Assembly (NCBI GenBank): GCA_012646105.1
Contig: GCA_012646105.1_4328.1
DNA: 43,583 nt
DNA from: a phage
Strand: one strand, 5' to 3'
A program made the translations under genes and the position numbers. This document shows positions 1-9,435 of this stretch, in pieces. Each line of letters starts with the position of its first letter. Position 1 is the first letter of the stretch. The notes below the pieces were generated by a model. It saw nothing but the letters and a program-made list of their open reading frames with translations. It did no database searches and had not been told where the DNA came from.

Positions 1-1063
1 ACGTTGCTGCCCGCATGGTAGTAATCTTTGATTCCTGATCAGCAACAGAAATACCACGTGCCCCAGGTTCGTCATAAACAGCGTACCCAAGTACCGCAGC
101 ATGGTCGGTAGTGTTCGTAATAAATGTCGTAAGGTCTGTTGTTGCCGCCGGGCTCTCTGTACCAAGAAAAACACCTAAACCAGCTGTGTAAGCATTGTTA
201 AGTAGTTTAGCCACTGTACCTGCTGAGTCTGTAGTACCATTGTTATCAAAGTAGCAGTAGTGGTTAATCGCATTAAATCCCAGAGATTTTATGTAAAGTA
301 ACTCGGCTAAATCATAGGCTGACTCTACGTAGCATATTCTTAGTTTCTCCGATGCTGTAACCCGTACATACGATGTAGCTGGAGTCTCCCCTAGCGCGTA
401 GCGAGAGGTATTAAGAATAAAATCTCCTGCTATCTTTTGACCACTGGAGTTTAAGATCTTACTTACCCCATAAACCTTACCTTTAACCCCTATGATATCT
501 TTGCCTGTATCCAATGCTGCCTGAATGGCGTCTGACCAGTCATCGCCCACCACAAGATTCGCGTAATCTTCGATGTAAGCAAACGAATCTGAGCGAACCT
601 GCAACCCATCAACTTGCGTCTGTTTCGCGGCCCCCGCCACCAAATCAACACCTTTTCCAGGCGCCGAAGACGCCAGTTCTTCACGAAGATTAGGGTCAGT
701 CTGTGGCTTCCAGTCTGCATTGCCGACAGGGTTAAATCCGGCAGGAACCGTAACAGGCAACGTACCCGCGTATGAATACCACGTTTTACTTACGGGGTCG
801 TACACCACTTTATCGCGGTCAGTTGCTGTTAAAGTTCCGCCGGTTGAGAAATCCCATGACACTGGAGAAAAACCAGCGTCCCTCAAAACCTCGGGAAGAG
901 TTTTCTGTGTCTGCCCTGTAACCTGGTTAGTGGCGTAATCAATATCAGCACCACCGGCAACGCCGCCTTGTTTACCGGTGATAACTTCAGCTTCAAAAAT
1001 CTGGTGCTTCTTTGCGGTTTGTAAATCCGCCAGGCTTAAAACGTCACTGCATCCGCTTGACAT
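1..1063 (-). CDS. tailspike / receptor-binding protein, N-terminal 354 codons (3' end lies beyond the window start)
   Basis: ATG at 1063-1061 (MSSGCSDVLSLADLQTAKKHQIFEAEV...); hand translation shows the frame open to base 1; last position of the late operon after the central fibre; glycosidase-like stretch LGYAVYDEPG. Confidence 0.55.
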   Translation of the reverse strand, partial: MSSGCSDVLSLADLQTAKKHQIFEAEVITGKQGGVAGGADIDYATNQVTGQTQKTLPEVLRDAGFSPVSWDFSTGGTLTATDRDKVVYDPVSKTWYSYAGTLPVTVPAGFNPVGNADWKPQTDPNLREELASSAPGKGVDLVAGAAKQTQVDGLQVRSDSFAYIEDYANLVVGDDWSDAIQAALDTGKDIIGVKGKVYGVSKILNSSGQKIAGDFILNTSRYALGETPATSYVRVTASEKLRICYVESAYDLAELLYIKSLGFNAINHYCYFDNNGTTDSAGTVAKLLNNAYTAGLGVFLGTESPAATTDLTTFITNTTDHAAVLGYAVYDEPGARGISVADQESKITTMRAAT

Positions 1064-1075
1064 ATAGAGTCCTCT

Positions 1076-3706
1076 TTAACTAAAACCGTTGCTGAATCCG
1101 TCGGAGAAACCGCGACCGAAAGGTGCGACGCCGTCGTATTTGTAGAAATCTGCTTCGTAGTTAACCCCGGTAATCTTAACTGTTCTGTCATCTCCCGGGT
1201 CAACTGTAGAAACAAGAATCATCTGAGCATTATGCCTTGCTTCGTTACCGAATGAAAACTCAGTTTTTAGCGCACTATTCCCTGTGTAAATTGCTTCTTG
1301 AGGCGCGGATAACATAACCACTTCTCGGTCGTGGCTTCCCTTGATAACAGAGATACTTTGCACCGAGCCGTCGCGCTTCTTGAGAATGAGTGAATGGTCA
1401 TCTCCGGGGGTAAATGTAACTGGCTGTGATAGTGTCAGGGTAAGCCCATTAACGGCAACGACATAACCATCTTGAGGTGCTACTCGCGAGCCTTTAACTA
1501 CGCTTATTGCCCGTCCTGGAAGCACAAAAACCCCTTCTTCTGTCGCCGTGAATGATACCGTAACTTTTTTCAACAAGTTCTTCTGATACCGGCGGTACGC
1601 GGCCCAATATGCTTGCCGGTAGTTGCGGATACCTTTAGAGTCATACGTTTCAGTATTAACGCCGCCCTCGGCTGGAATGCTAATAGTCTCTTTTACGTTG
1701 GTATCAGTGTCGATGTAGGAGAACTTAAGGCTATCGTATACCTGAGAGTCGTTAAATGTGCGTGTCCATTTTTCCGAAGCTGTTGTCTTGCTGCGGTGGG
1801 TGAACACCATCTCTGGCCCCATACGTGGACGTTCGAAATCCAGTAATATGTCCTGTCCTTTACGATATGGAGTGCAGAAAATAGCATCAGCTATTGTGCT
1901 GATGATATCCTGCATGGTCGTTTTATAATCGTCAAAGGTGTAGCAGAATTGTCCTGCATCAACGTTACCGAAATAGTTTTCTATCTCGGTTTGAGTTGCT
2001 AGCAATTTATCCATATTAGATGTTGTGAGGTTGAGATTCCCTACAACCGGGTCGCGGGCCAGACGGATTAAGGACTGAACCGCCTGCGTATTCGGCGTCA
2101 TTACGGTGTCAAACACACCATTACCCAGGTATTTATAAACCATCTCAGTCGCCACCATACGTAGTTGAGGCTGCTTAATCTCTGCGGCCCGAGGCGTCTG
2201 CTTACGTGCGGAGTGTACGGTAGTACGATTGCCGTAATGGGGTGTAGTGTCACGAACCTGCCCATAAAGGTTGATGTAGGAAACCTCGTCTACCACGGTA
2301 CCCTCGAAATCAAGGTCCAGGTTGGTAACACGACGGGCGCGCACCCGAACTTTAGACCTCACGGGCAAGTCGGCGTAAATAGTAACTCCAGTGTAATCCG
2401 CCGAACGCCCTGATAAAGTGGCCTGTTTCGAGTAAATATCTCCGTATGGCATGCCAGTTTCATCAAGTAGCTGATACTGAAGCTCGACAGTTACCGCCGT
2501 TCGCAATTTGCTGCCGTTATCCTTGTACATACCATTAGCGGCCGCGATGTTGGCTACTACGCGTTCAACTTCCAGGCGGTTTAAGATAGTCCAGTCGGTT
2601 AGTGTTTTTTCATAGGTGTCCACCGGCCCCACCCACGTGTCACTTCTCTGGGAAAGTGAATAGGCTGTTGAACCTAAAGCTGCCCAGTTAGACGCGCCGC
2701 CGGTGTCGACTCGCAGCTCGAAGTTATCAACATAAAGAACGCGGAAGTTGCCGTTGGTGTTTGTCACGCCCGGAACGTCGAAGTTATTGAACGACGCGGT
2801 GTCCCCTACCGATAATATTTCAGCAAAACCAGAATCCCCCGTGTCATCATACAGGTATCCAATTTTTGTAGCGGAGTCATACCTCACACGGCCAGTGTCG
2901 CTTGGGTTGACCCGAATATCGTTCTGCGCTTTAAGAACAGCACCGTCTACTTCATTAGAAGCGATAGTTATATAAAGATTCTGATTGATAGGCTCCCCTA
3001 CCAGAAGATGAGGGGTATTTGTATTGTTGGGGGATGTAAACGGCGCGTACACCGCGACAGAGGTCCCTGTAATCTCCTGTACTTTAGTATCACCGTCAGT
3101 AATGTCTTCTGCTTTGATATCAAGGTACCCGCGACCGGCGTCGTAGTATCCGTACTCAATAATGCGACCAGATTCATCGAATATCTTATACGTAGTCATG
3201 AGGTCGTTAGGGATAGTCTGGACCCTGCCGCAAATATCATACGACCGTTCATACGGACGCGGTTTATTGTTTCGGTCCGTCAGGCTGTTGTTGGGCGACT
3301 CCGCCTGCTGATTCGCTAAACTCGTTTTAGGTGTTTTCTGTGACGGAGAAATAAGTTTAGTGACAAACTTAAGTACGCCCAATGGGTCAAGCAATTTCCC
3401 GAGAAACCCACCGCCACCGCCTGCGCCTTCGATAATATGGAAAACATCATCTTCTTTCAGCGCTTCGAAGTTTTCCGTTACGTCGGTGTCCTCACCAATC
3501 TCGCCACGGTAAATACGTACTGGTACCCCGTCTGGGATGTTGGCGACAACATATTCCATAGGGGGTACGTTATGCCGTTTGTGGTCGAAAGTACCGCCTT
3601 CATTACGGGTGTAATGTATTATTAGCGCCAAAATTCTATCTCCGCATAAGTTTCGCGCAAGTCTTCCAGACGGTCTAACCGTACCTGGCGACTCGCGAGT
3701 TCGCAA
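1076..3706 (-). CDS. central tail fibre / tail-tip host-specificity protein (876 aa ORF; alternative ATG at 3559)
   Basis: six-frame ORF; size and position after minor tail genes; Gly-rich linker GGGGGF; no good RBS at either start so coupling to upstream gene likely. Confidence 0.6.
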   Translation of the reverse strand: MRTRESPGTVRPSGRLARNLCGDRILALIIHYTRNEGGTFDHKRHNVPPMEYVVANIPDGVPVRIYRGEIGEDTDVTENFEALKEDDVFHIIEGAGGGGGFLGKLLDPLGVLKFVTKLISPSQKTPKTSLANQQAESPNNSLTDRNNKPRPYERSYDICGRVQTIPNDLMTTYKIFDESGRIIEYGYYDAGRGYLDIKAEDITDGDTKVQEITGTSVAVYAPFTSPNNTNTPHLLVGEPINQNLYITIASNEVDGAVLKAQNDIRVNPSDTGRVRYDSATKIGYLYDDTGDSGFAEILSVGDTASFNNFDVPGVTNTNGNFRVLYVDNFELRVDTGGASNWAALGSTAYSLSQRSDTWVGPVDTYEKTLTDWTILNRLEVERVVANIAAANGMYKDNGSKLRTAVTVELQYQLLDETGMPYGDIYSKQATLSGRSADYTGVTIYADLPVRSKVRVRARRVTNLDLDFEGTVVDEVSYINLYGQVRDTTPHYGNRTTVHSARKQTPRAAEIKQPQLRMVATEMVYKYLGNGVFDTVMTPNTQAVQSLIRLARDPVVGNLNLTTSNMDKLLATQTEIENYFGNVDAGQFCYTFDDYKTTMQDIISTIADAIFCTPYRKGQDILLDFERPRMGPEMVFTHRSKTTASEKWTRTFNDSQVYDSLKFSYIDTDTNVKETISIPAEGGVNTETYDSKGIRNYRQAYWAAYRRYQKNLLKKVTVSFTATEEGVFVLPGRAISVVKGSRVAPQDGYVVAVNGLTLTLSQPVTFTPGDDHSLILKKRDGSVQSISVIKGSHDREVVMLSAPQEAIYTGNSALKTEFSFGNEARHNAQMILVSTVDPGDDRTVKITGVNYEADFYKYDGVAPFGRGFSDGFSNGFS

Positions 3707-3987
3707 TGACTGACCATACCGTCATAGTATACTCCAGCGTGCCAGATTACACGGTTTCTGTGTCGTGTTGCCATAAGAACGGCATCGAAGTTTTGCGGGG
3801 TTTCCGTGCGTACAAGACCTTTAGTGTCTTTATGACCTTCTTCAAATGCATCATTAATCTGTGTTGGCGAAGCGACGTTAAACTCAGGCGTGGCGAGGCC
3901 TGCGTCCGCACGGACGTTACGCACATGGTGCCAGCAATTACGACGGCGAAAATCGTACGGTAGCCCTGTATAAGAATTAATATTCAT
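3622..3987 (-). CDS. minor tail protein (121 aa)
   Basis: six-frame ORF, ATGA-type overlap with upstream gene, position in tail-tip module. Confidence 0.5.
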   Translation of the reverse strand: MNINSYTGLPYDFRRRNCWHHVRNVRADAGLATPEFNVASPTQINDAFEEGHKDTKGLVRTETPQNFDAVLMATRHRNRVIWHAGVYYDGMVSHCELASRQVRLDRLEDLRETYAEIEFWR

Positions 3988-4499
3988 GTAGACAAAACAC
4001 CACGTAACAATGGGATTACTGAAGGGGTCATTAACTCGCCAGTGGCTCTTTGGTTCAACATAGGAACGCCCACATCAGCCGTGAATACCCCTTTTTCCTG
4101 ATTGATTGTCTGTAGCTCATAAACCACCGGCCCGTCCGCCGGGTAGGTTAAGTCTGTGCTGACGAAACGGCGGAATATAAACTTAGGCAACACCGTATTG
4201 TCTGGCGGGATGCGGTCCATCTCATCGTCTAACTGGTTACCGATGTCAGGTAGCGCAAACGACGCCCTCTGGTCCATATCGTTATTGTTCGCAGCCCCTT
4301 TAGCCTCCATAGGCGTAGCCTCAAACGTAACGACTTCGCCCGTCTCTAACGTTGCCGTCAGGTCGGAAGTTCCGCGCACAAGTAAATACCGCTTCGAAAG
4401 AAGCGGGTGAACTATCTCTAATGTAGTGTAATCAATCTCACCGTCTGGGTTTGAGGCCAGCTTACGGCGGTAGGCTGCTTCTACAGATTCCTGGCTCAT
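3984..4499 (-). CDS. minor tail protein (171 aa)
   Basis: six-frame ORF in tail-tip module downstream of tape measure. Confidence 0.5.
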   Translation of the reverse strand: MSQESVEAAYRRKLASNPDGEIDYTTLEIVHPLLSKRYLLVRGTSDLTATLETGEVVTFEATPMEAKGAANNNDMDQRASFALPDIGNQLDDEMDRIPPDNTVLPKFIFRRFVSTDLTYPADGPVVYELQTINQEKGVFTADVGVPMLNQRATGELMTPSVIPLLRGVLST

Positions 4500-4502
4500 A
4501 AA

Positions 4503-5915
4503 TTAACCGTCCACATTAAAATCAATACGAGTGATATATTTACTGCCCCACGCAGAATCCGCTTGGGGGATAGTCGCGTAACCGTCAACAGCCTGAACGT
4601 TTACCACAGAGCTGTCGGAGTATGTAATGTCGATGCTTGTTGCGCCGTTCATTGCTACTTTTGCCGATGCCATAGGGCGTGCGGATGGTGATGCGTCAGT
4701 TACTATCGGCGACGTGGAGAATTCTGACTTTTCAACTTGTGAGTGTGCTACTAAAATGCCGCGAACGCCATCCCCTGTAAATGGGGCGAGTCTTGTAGAT
4801 GAAGGAGACGCCGCGGGAGATATTATGAATTGTCTATTTACCGACATATCACCGGTCGTGATGCATGTCATAGCGCAGTAATACCATCCATTTCCTAGCG
4901 GGTGTATTAATTTATTACTAGCGGTACCCGCCGACACGACCCCGTTCATTAAGTCAAAATTGGCGTACACATCAGAGATTCCGGTTGTAGACCCGAAGTA
5001 CAAAATTTGTAAAGTAGACGTGCCGTCAGCTTTAGCTATAACCGAGCACGTTAACTCTGTACCTAAAGGAACCGTAGATATATCACCGCCCATGTAGTGT
5101 GCCCCGGTCGCTGTAGTAGCTATAAGAAGGCTCGATGCGATTCCATTAAATAGCATATCAGGGTTTGACGATACAGTGACTCTACTGCGTAACGACCAAT
5201 TACCCCCGGTCAAGTCTTGACCGTATGGTAGCATATTAGTTGACGCCGCTTCAGGAGGCACACGACCAACAGCAGCACCGTCAATAAACGTAAGAGGCCA
5301 TTCGTTGGCGGCGGACCGCACAAGATTGCCGTTTCTGTCAATGTAGTAAACCTGTGGGCCGTCGTAAACTATACGGCTATCCAGCGTGGACGCCAGAAGG
5401 TTAATCGGCGGGTATCCCGCGGACCCTTCATTGCTCCAGATGCGCGGGAACGTCGTCTCGTAGTTCGCGTATATCTTCAGGAAACTGCCCAGGCAATCCC
5501 CGTAACAGCCATACAAATCTGGCAGATTCTTAGTAAGGCAAGTGTCTTCCTGAATTGCTGTGCGCTCGGCGGTAGCGGTAAACGTAATCACCCAATTCTT
5601 TCCATCGTCTGTGCTGTCACTAATGTCCGACGCAATAAGCACCTGATGGTCTTCGATACCTAACCCTGTATCATGCGGCATGATAAACGAAGACGCGCCG
5701 CCGTCTATGTTATTCAGGAAGCTATAAAAAGCCTGGCGACCGAGCGACGATACGACGAGCGTCACGCTAATCGGCACCGGTTCGAAGTATGTATCACGCC
5801 CCTGTCGAGGCACACCACCCTGAACTTCTGTACGCCAGATATTACTCCCTCGCGTTTGGGAGTACCCCTTCGACACTATAGGCCGAAGGGACATTGGGAA
5901 TCTCAAATCACTCAT
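4503..5915 (-). CDS. minor tail / distal tail protein (470 aa)
   Basis: six-frame ORF immediately downstream of tape measure gene. Confidence 0.5.
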   Translation of the reverse strand: MSDLRFPMSLRPIVSKGYSQTRGSNIWRTEVQGGVPRQGRDTYFEPVPISVTLVVSSLGRQAFYSFLNNIDGGASSFIMPHDTGLGIEDHQVLIASDISDSTDDGKNWVITFTATAERTAIQEDTCLTKNLPDLYGCYGDCLGSFLKIYANYETTFPRIWSNEGSAGYPPINLLASTLDSRIVYDGPQVYYIDRNGNLVRSAANEWPLTFIDGAAVGRVPPEAASTNMLPYGQDLTGGNWSLRSRVTVSSNPDMLFNGIASSLLIATTATGAHYMGGDISTVPLGTELTCSVIAKADGTSTLQILYFGSTTGISDVYANFDLMNGVVSAGTASNKLIHPLGNGWYYCAMTCITTGDMSVNRQFIISPAASPSSTRLAPFTGDGVRGILVAHSQVEKSEFSTSPIVTDASPSARPMASAKVAMNGATSIDITYSDSSVVNVQAVDGYATIPQADSAWGSKYITRIDFNVDG

Positions 5916-5918
5916 TGG

Positions 5919-8255
5919 TTAATACCCCGGCTGATTTCGTGTAGCCCGGCGGGACTTGGAGATTGCACTGTTGCTGTCTTGTAACGCCGCCGATACTGTT
6001 TCGCTGATGATAACACGTAACCGCCCTTCGTCGTCACGCTCTGTAACGGCAGAATCGACACGTCCGGTGGTGTTGTTGACGATTGTCACGCTGTCACCGC
6101 CTGACTTGTTGCCGTTCTCACCCATAATCTGGCGCATCTGTTCCGCGGTACGTACGCGTGACGCCCCCGCAGGCATAATAACTTCCGGCTTGTTACGTTC
6201 GGCGATAGTGGATAGCTGGCCTGCGGCTAAGTTACCGCCCTGCTCACGGGCCGAACGAATTTTGCCTATGTTTGCAAGACCCGCAGCTACCGCTGCGGCT
6301 GCCGCTACAGGCCCAAGTACCCAGCCGACAATAGGAATAGCGGACGCTGATTTATAAGCCTCAATAGCGGAGGTGTATGTGGCGATGGTGGCCTGAGCAA
6401 TGGCAAACGCTTTGTACGCAGTAGACGCTTCGCCAAGCGACGATTTAATGTTATCTGCCATCATTCCGAAAGCGTTACCTGTAGCATTGGCGCGCTTCAA
6501 AGCATACTGGTCGTTTATAGCATTAACCGCGGCCTGGTACTGTTCCTCGTTAATCAGATTCTGTTCGCGGTATCGGTCCGCAACGTCCAGTTTTTGTTGT
6601 TCCTGAATTTCCAGAAGCTCAAGCTCGGCGGCATTCTGGCCCATAATCTGTGCCATGAAGTCTTCACCTTTCTGGTTCTTCTCCTGCCGCTCTTTCTCGC
6701 GCTTAGCGAGTTCTTCCTGACGTGCGGTGTCCGCCTCTAGCATAATCTGCGTCTTGGCGTTTTCGTATTGCTGGTCGCTAAGAAGCTGATTGCCGTAAAA
6801 CTCCTGTAGCTTGGTTAACTGCTGTTCCTGGTTGGCTTCTATTTTCTGGAATACATCATCATTGAGATGAATAGACTGGTAGTAGAAATCCTCAGCGGCT
6901 TTCTTCTGGCGCTCGAATGCATCCGCAGCTTTCTTAGCGGCTTTTGCGCCAGCGCTACCATCTTCAGACCCGCCGCCGATACCAGTTACCTTAAATTTAC
7001 TAAGCCCTTCTTCCTTAGCGGCTTCTTTGTCGATGTCATATGCCGCGCGTTTAAGCGCGACGATATTTTGCTGAGCCTCCACCTGTTCGCGGAAACTTTT
7101 ACGTGTCAGGTCCGCAACATCGCGCTGAGTATCCAGTGCCATCCCCAGCTGGAAGTTAATATTTTTTGCTACGTCTACGGATTCCCCTGGTGTGAAGGCG
7201 GCCTTAACCAGCCGACCGGCATCCTGCGCCCCTTCAACCATATCCTCAAAGAAGCGCTCCATCGCGGTAAATTCTTCCGCGATGAAATCGAGCGCATCGG
7301 CGGCTGATTCCGCTATGGTTGTCGCCGTTTGTTCGCCGCTATCCGTGATACTTTTGCTACTAAAATCCCAAAGCTCATTTAGCCCGTTTATCGCATCACC
7401 AACGAAGCCAAACGCAGCGTCGAACGACATCTCTATAGCGCTTCCTACTTCTGACGCGATGTCGCCCCACATACGCATCTCAGCGGCAAGCTCACCAGAC
7501 GCTACCTGTGCGTTAAGTTCCTGGATTAAATCATCGATGTACCGGATAGGTTCAGCAAGAGCACCAACATCAAGGCTGGTAGCCAGTGTCATTTTTAACT
7601 GCGACCAAGAATCGCTTGCACTGGCTATAGCCCCGTTGAGTGTGTTGGCCTGGTCCGCCATAGCCCCCGCGAAGTTTACGTTACCAATATTGAGCAGGTA
7701 TTGCTCAATATCGGCAGCGCTCTTCTTAACCACCGTAGTAGTGCCCTGGAACGTGAATTCAACATCGTTTTTGTTCTGCTTGGCCTTGATACCAAATTCT
7801 TTAAGACGCTCGAATTCAAACGTACTGGCGTCCGCAACGGCCTCAATCATCTGATTCAGGTCTTTACCCATAGCAGCGGCGGTGTTTCCGTAGGAACGCA
7901 ACGCTTCTTCTGACGGTGTAAGACCAAGCGCCACAAGTTTACGGAATCCCTCTACCGCCTGTTCAAGGCCATACGGAGTGTCGCGCGCGAAGTCTTGCAG
8001 GATGCTTAACGCCTGTCTTGCACCCTGCGTGCTTCCGGTTAGTGTTTTCAGGCTGGCGGACATCTTGTCCAGTTGCCGTTGGGATTCTACCAGTTCCTGT
8101 GCGGCCTTGTACGCGGTAGCGGCGACGATGGAAGCGAGGCCCGCTACCGCAGCTCCGGCTACTTTTGCGGACTTGGAAAGGTTATCAAGACGGTCTGATG
8201 TAGCTTTCGCGCCTTGCTCTGATACTTTTACAACTAAACTAGCCACATCAGCCAT
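5919..8255 (-). CDS. tail length tape measure protein (778 aa)
   Basis: long alpha-helical/coiled-coil protein with Ala/Gln/Glu-rich repeats, N-terminal region typical of tape measure proteins, preceded by chaperone pair. Confidence 0.85.
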   Translation of the reverse strand: MADVASLVVKVSEQGAKATSDRLDNLSKSAKVAGAAVAGLASIVAATAYKAAQELVESQRQLDKMSASLKTLTGSTQGARQALSILQDFARDTPYGLEQAVEGFRKLVALGLTPSEEALRSYGNTAAAMGKDLNQMIEAVADASTFEFERLKEFGIKAKQNKNDVEFTFQGTTTVVKKSAADIEQYLLNIGNVNFAGAMADQANTLNGAIASASDSWSQLKMTLATSLDVGALAEPIRYIDDLIQELNAQVASGELAAEMRMWGDIASEVGSAIEMSFDAAFGFVGDAINGLNELWDFSSKSITDSGEQTATTIAESAADALDFIAEEFTAMERFFEDMVEGAQDAGRLVKAAFTPGESVDVAKNINFQLGMALDTQRDVADLTRKSFREQVEAQQNIVALKRAAYDIDKEAAKEEGLSKFKVTGIGGGSEDGSAGAKAAKKAADAFERQKKAAEDFYYQSIHLNDDVFQKIEANQEQQLTKLQEFYGNQLLSDQQYENAKTQIMLEADTARQEELAKREKERQEKNQKGEDFMAQIMGQNAAELELLEIQEQQKLDVADRYREQNLINEEQYQAAVNAINDQYALKRANATGNAFGMMADNIKSSLGEASTAYKAFAIAQATIATYTSAIEAYKSASAIPIVGWVLGPVAAAAAVAAGLANIGKIRSAREQGGNLAAGQLSTIAERNKPEVIMPAGASRVRTAEQMRQIMGENGNKSGGDSVTIVNNTTGRVDSAVTERDDEGRLRVIISETVSAALQDSNSAISKSRRATRNQPGY

Positions 8256-8607
8256 CGTTTCTACCCTCGAAAATAGCGTCTAAGCTCATGATGATGTCGG
8301 ATTCAAACATGCCTATATTCTGGCCTGAAACGGCGCTGTACGCCACTAAATCCGACCATCTTAACTGTTCGCGCGGGTACATCTTGATGCCATCATCGTC
8401 CACTCGGCGGGTGAATTTGATTTCCCTGTACTTCTCGAAGGTGGTTAATAGCTCAGGGGGGCATTCTGGCCCGGTGTCCTGCGTTGCTTCCGGCGCGTCT
8501 TGCATAACCCCCATAGCAATTAGCGCGGCTTTATGCCCGTCGGCGATACTGTCAAACTCCCGCCGTTTGTGGCGGGTTATGAAGTTCCAACGGGCAAACT
8601 GGAGCAA
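8248..8607 (-). CDS. tail assembly chaperone, second ORF (gpT-like; TTG start or -1 frameshift extension of upstream ORF)
   Basis: ORF in -1 frame relative to 8613..9029, begins at its stop codon, overlaps tape measure start by 8 nt. Confidence 0.5.
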   Translation of the reverse strand: MLQFARWNFITRHKRREFDSIADGHKAALIAMGVMQDAPEATQDTGPECPPELLTTFEKYREIKFTRRVDDDGIKMYPREQLRWSDLVAYSAVSGQNIGMFESDIIMSLDAIFEGRNDG

Positions 8608-8612
8608 CGCGT

Positions 8613-9029
8613 CTACTTTTCCTGCAATTGGCGAAGCTGTTCGTTATGGAAAACAACAACATGTTCAGCTAGACGTTTATATTGAGAGAAAAGAGTATTC
8701 AGGTTCTCTTTATTAAATTCATCGTCGAGACTCCAACCGTTAACCAGTTCAAGTGCTAACTGGCGGTTAAGGTCCGTCGCGGCGTCTTCCATCTTAATGT
8801 TGTATTCCGAGAAATCTTTCAGTTCCTCGCATTTATCACGAAGCGGTTTCAATTTACCTAATGCTGCTCGGTACGCCAGGGTAAACGCCCTCATAGCTTT
8901 AACGGCAACGTCGGCATCGGGGGAGACAACGTTAAGCCATTCTCCTGAATCGGTGCCGTCTTTCAGCGGGATTGGCATACGGGCGCCTTTTTCGGCCTCA
9001 GCTTCGTAATAAAAATCAGAAAGTTTCAT
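8613..9029 (-). CDS. tail assembly chaperone (gpG-like, 138 aa)
   Basis: acidic small protein directly upstream of the second chaperone ORF and tape measure; conserved G/GT position. Confidence 0.55.
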   Translation of the reverse strand: MKLSDFYYEAEAEKGARMPIPLKDGTDSGEWLNVVSPDADVAVKAMRAFTLAYRAALGKLKPLRDKCEELKDFSEYNIKMEDAATDLNRQLALELVNGWSLDDEFNKENLNTLFSQYKRLAEHVVVFHNEQLRQLQEK

Positions 9030-9136
9030 TATTTAATCCTTTGGTTAAGAGGTTACTGGTTAAGGTTAATGCGCCAGGCGGGAACCACCCGCTTTTCGTG
9101 TGCGACACTAGGCGCAAAATAATTCTAACACATTAC

Positions 9137-9165
9137 TTGCGCACCCCAACATAATAGGATACTAT
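9137..9165 (+). promoter_or_regulatory. sigma70-like promoter TTGCGC-N17-TACTAT with embedded AATAG-N4-CTATT operator-like palindrome
   Basis: -35 at 9137-9142, -10 at 9160-9165, 40 nt upstream of ATG 9206; near-identical copies at 18181, 28837 and 29836. Confidence 0.5.
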
Positions 9166-9205
9166 TCACTTACACCAACGATGTTATCTTAAACGGGGCT
9201 ATATC

Positions 9206-9397
9206 ATGACAAGCATTACTATGTTCTTCTTAATCATTATTGTTTTAGTTTATTTTATTCCGTTTCTCGTGGCGCATATGCGCAACCATAAAGCTAAATT
9301 AGCGATATTCATGGCTAATCTGTTTCTCGGTTGGGTTCTGCTGCCGTGGGTATTTATTTTAATCTGGGCGTGCAACTCGAATGTCAAAGAGAAGTGA
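9206..9397 (+). CDS. small inner-membrane protein resembling superinfection-immunity family proteins (63 aa, 2 TM)
   Basis: two hydrophobic helices; motif VAHMRNH...AIFMANLFLGWVLLPW matches my recollection of the Imm_superinfect family; opposite strand to flanking tail genes. Confidence 0.55.
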   Translation: MTSITMFFLIIIVLVYFIPFLVAHMRNHKAKLAIFMANLFLGWVLLPWVFILIWACNSNVKEK

Positions 9398-9435
9398 GCT
9401 AGTATAGGACAAATCCTAAACACGAGGAAGTAAGC

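Noticed and set aside
3622-3987. NlpC/P60 peptidase (lambda gpK-like) assignment for the 121 aa tail protein
   Set aside because: Based only on a Cys-His pair and position; too weak without profile support, so left as minor tail protein.
6867-7854. Plus-strand ORFs of 146 and 220 aa inside the tape measure gene
   Set aside because: Antisense to tape measure; Ser/Ala-rich low-complexity products reflect reverse reading of a repetitive gene.
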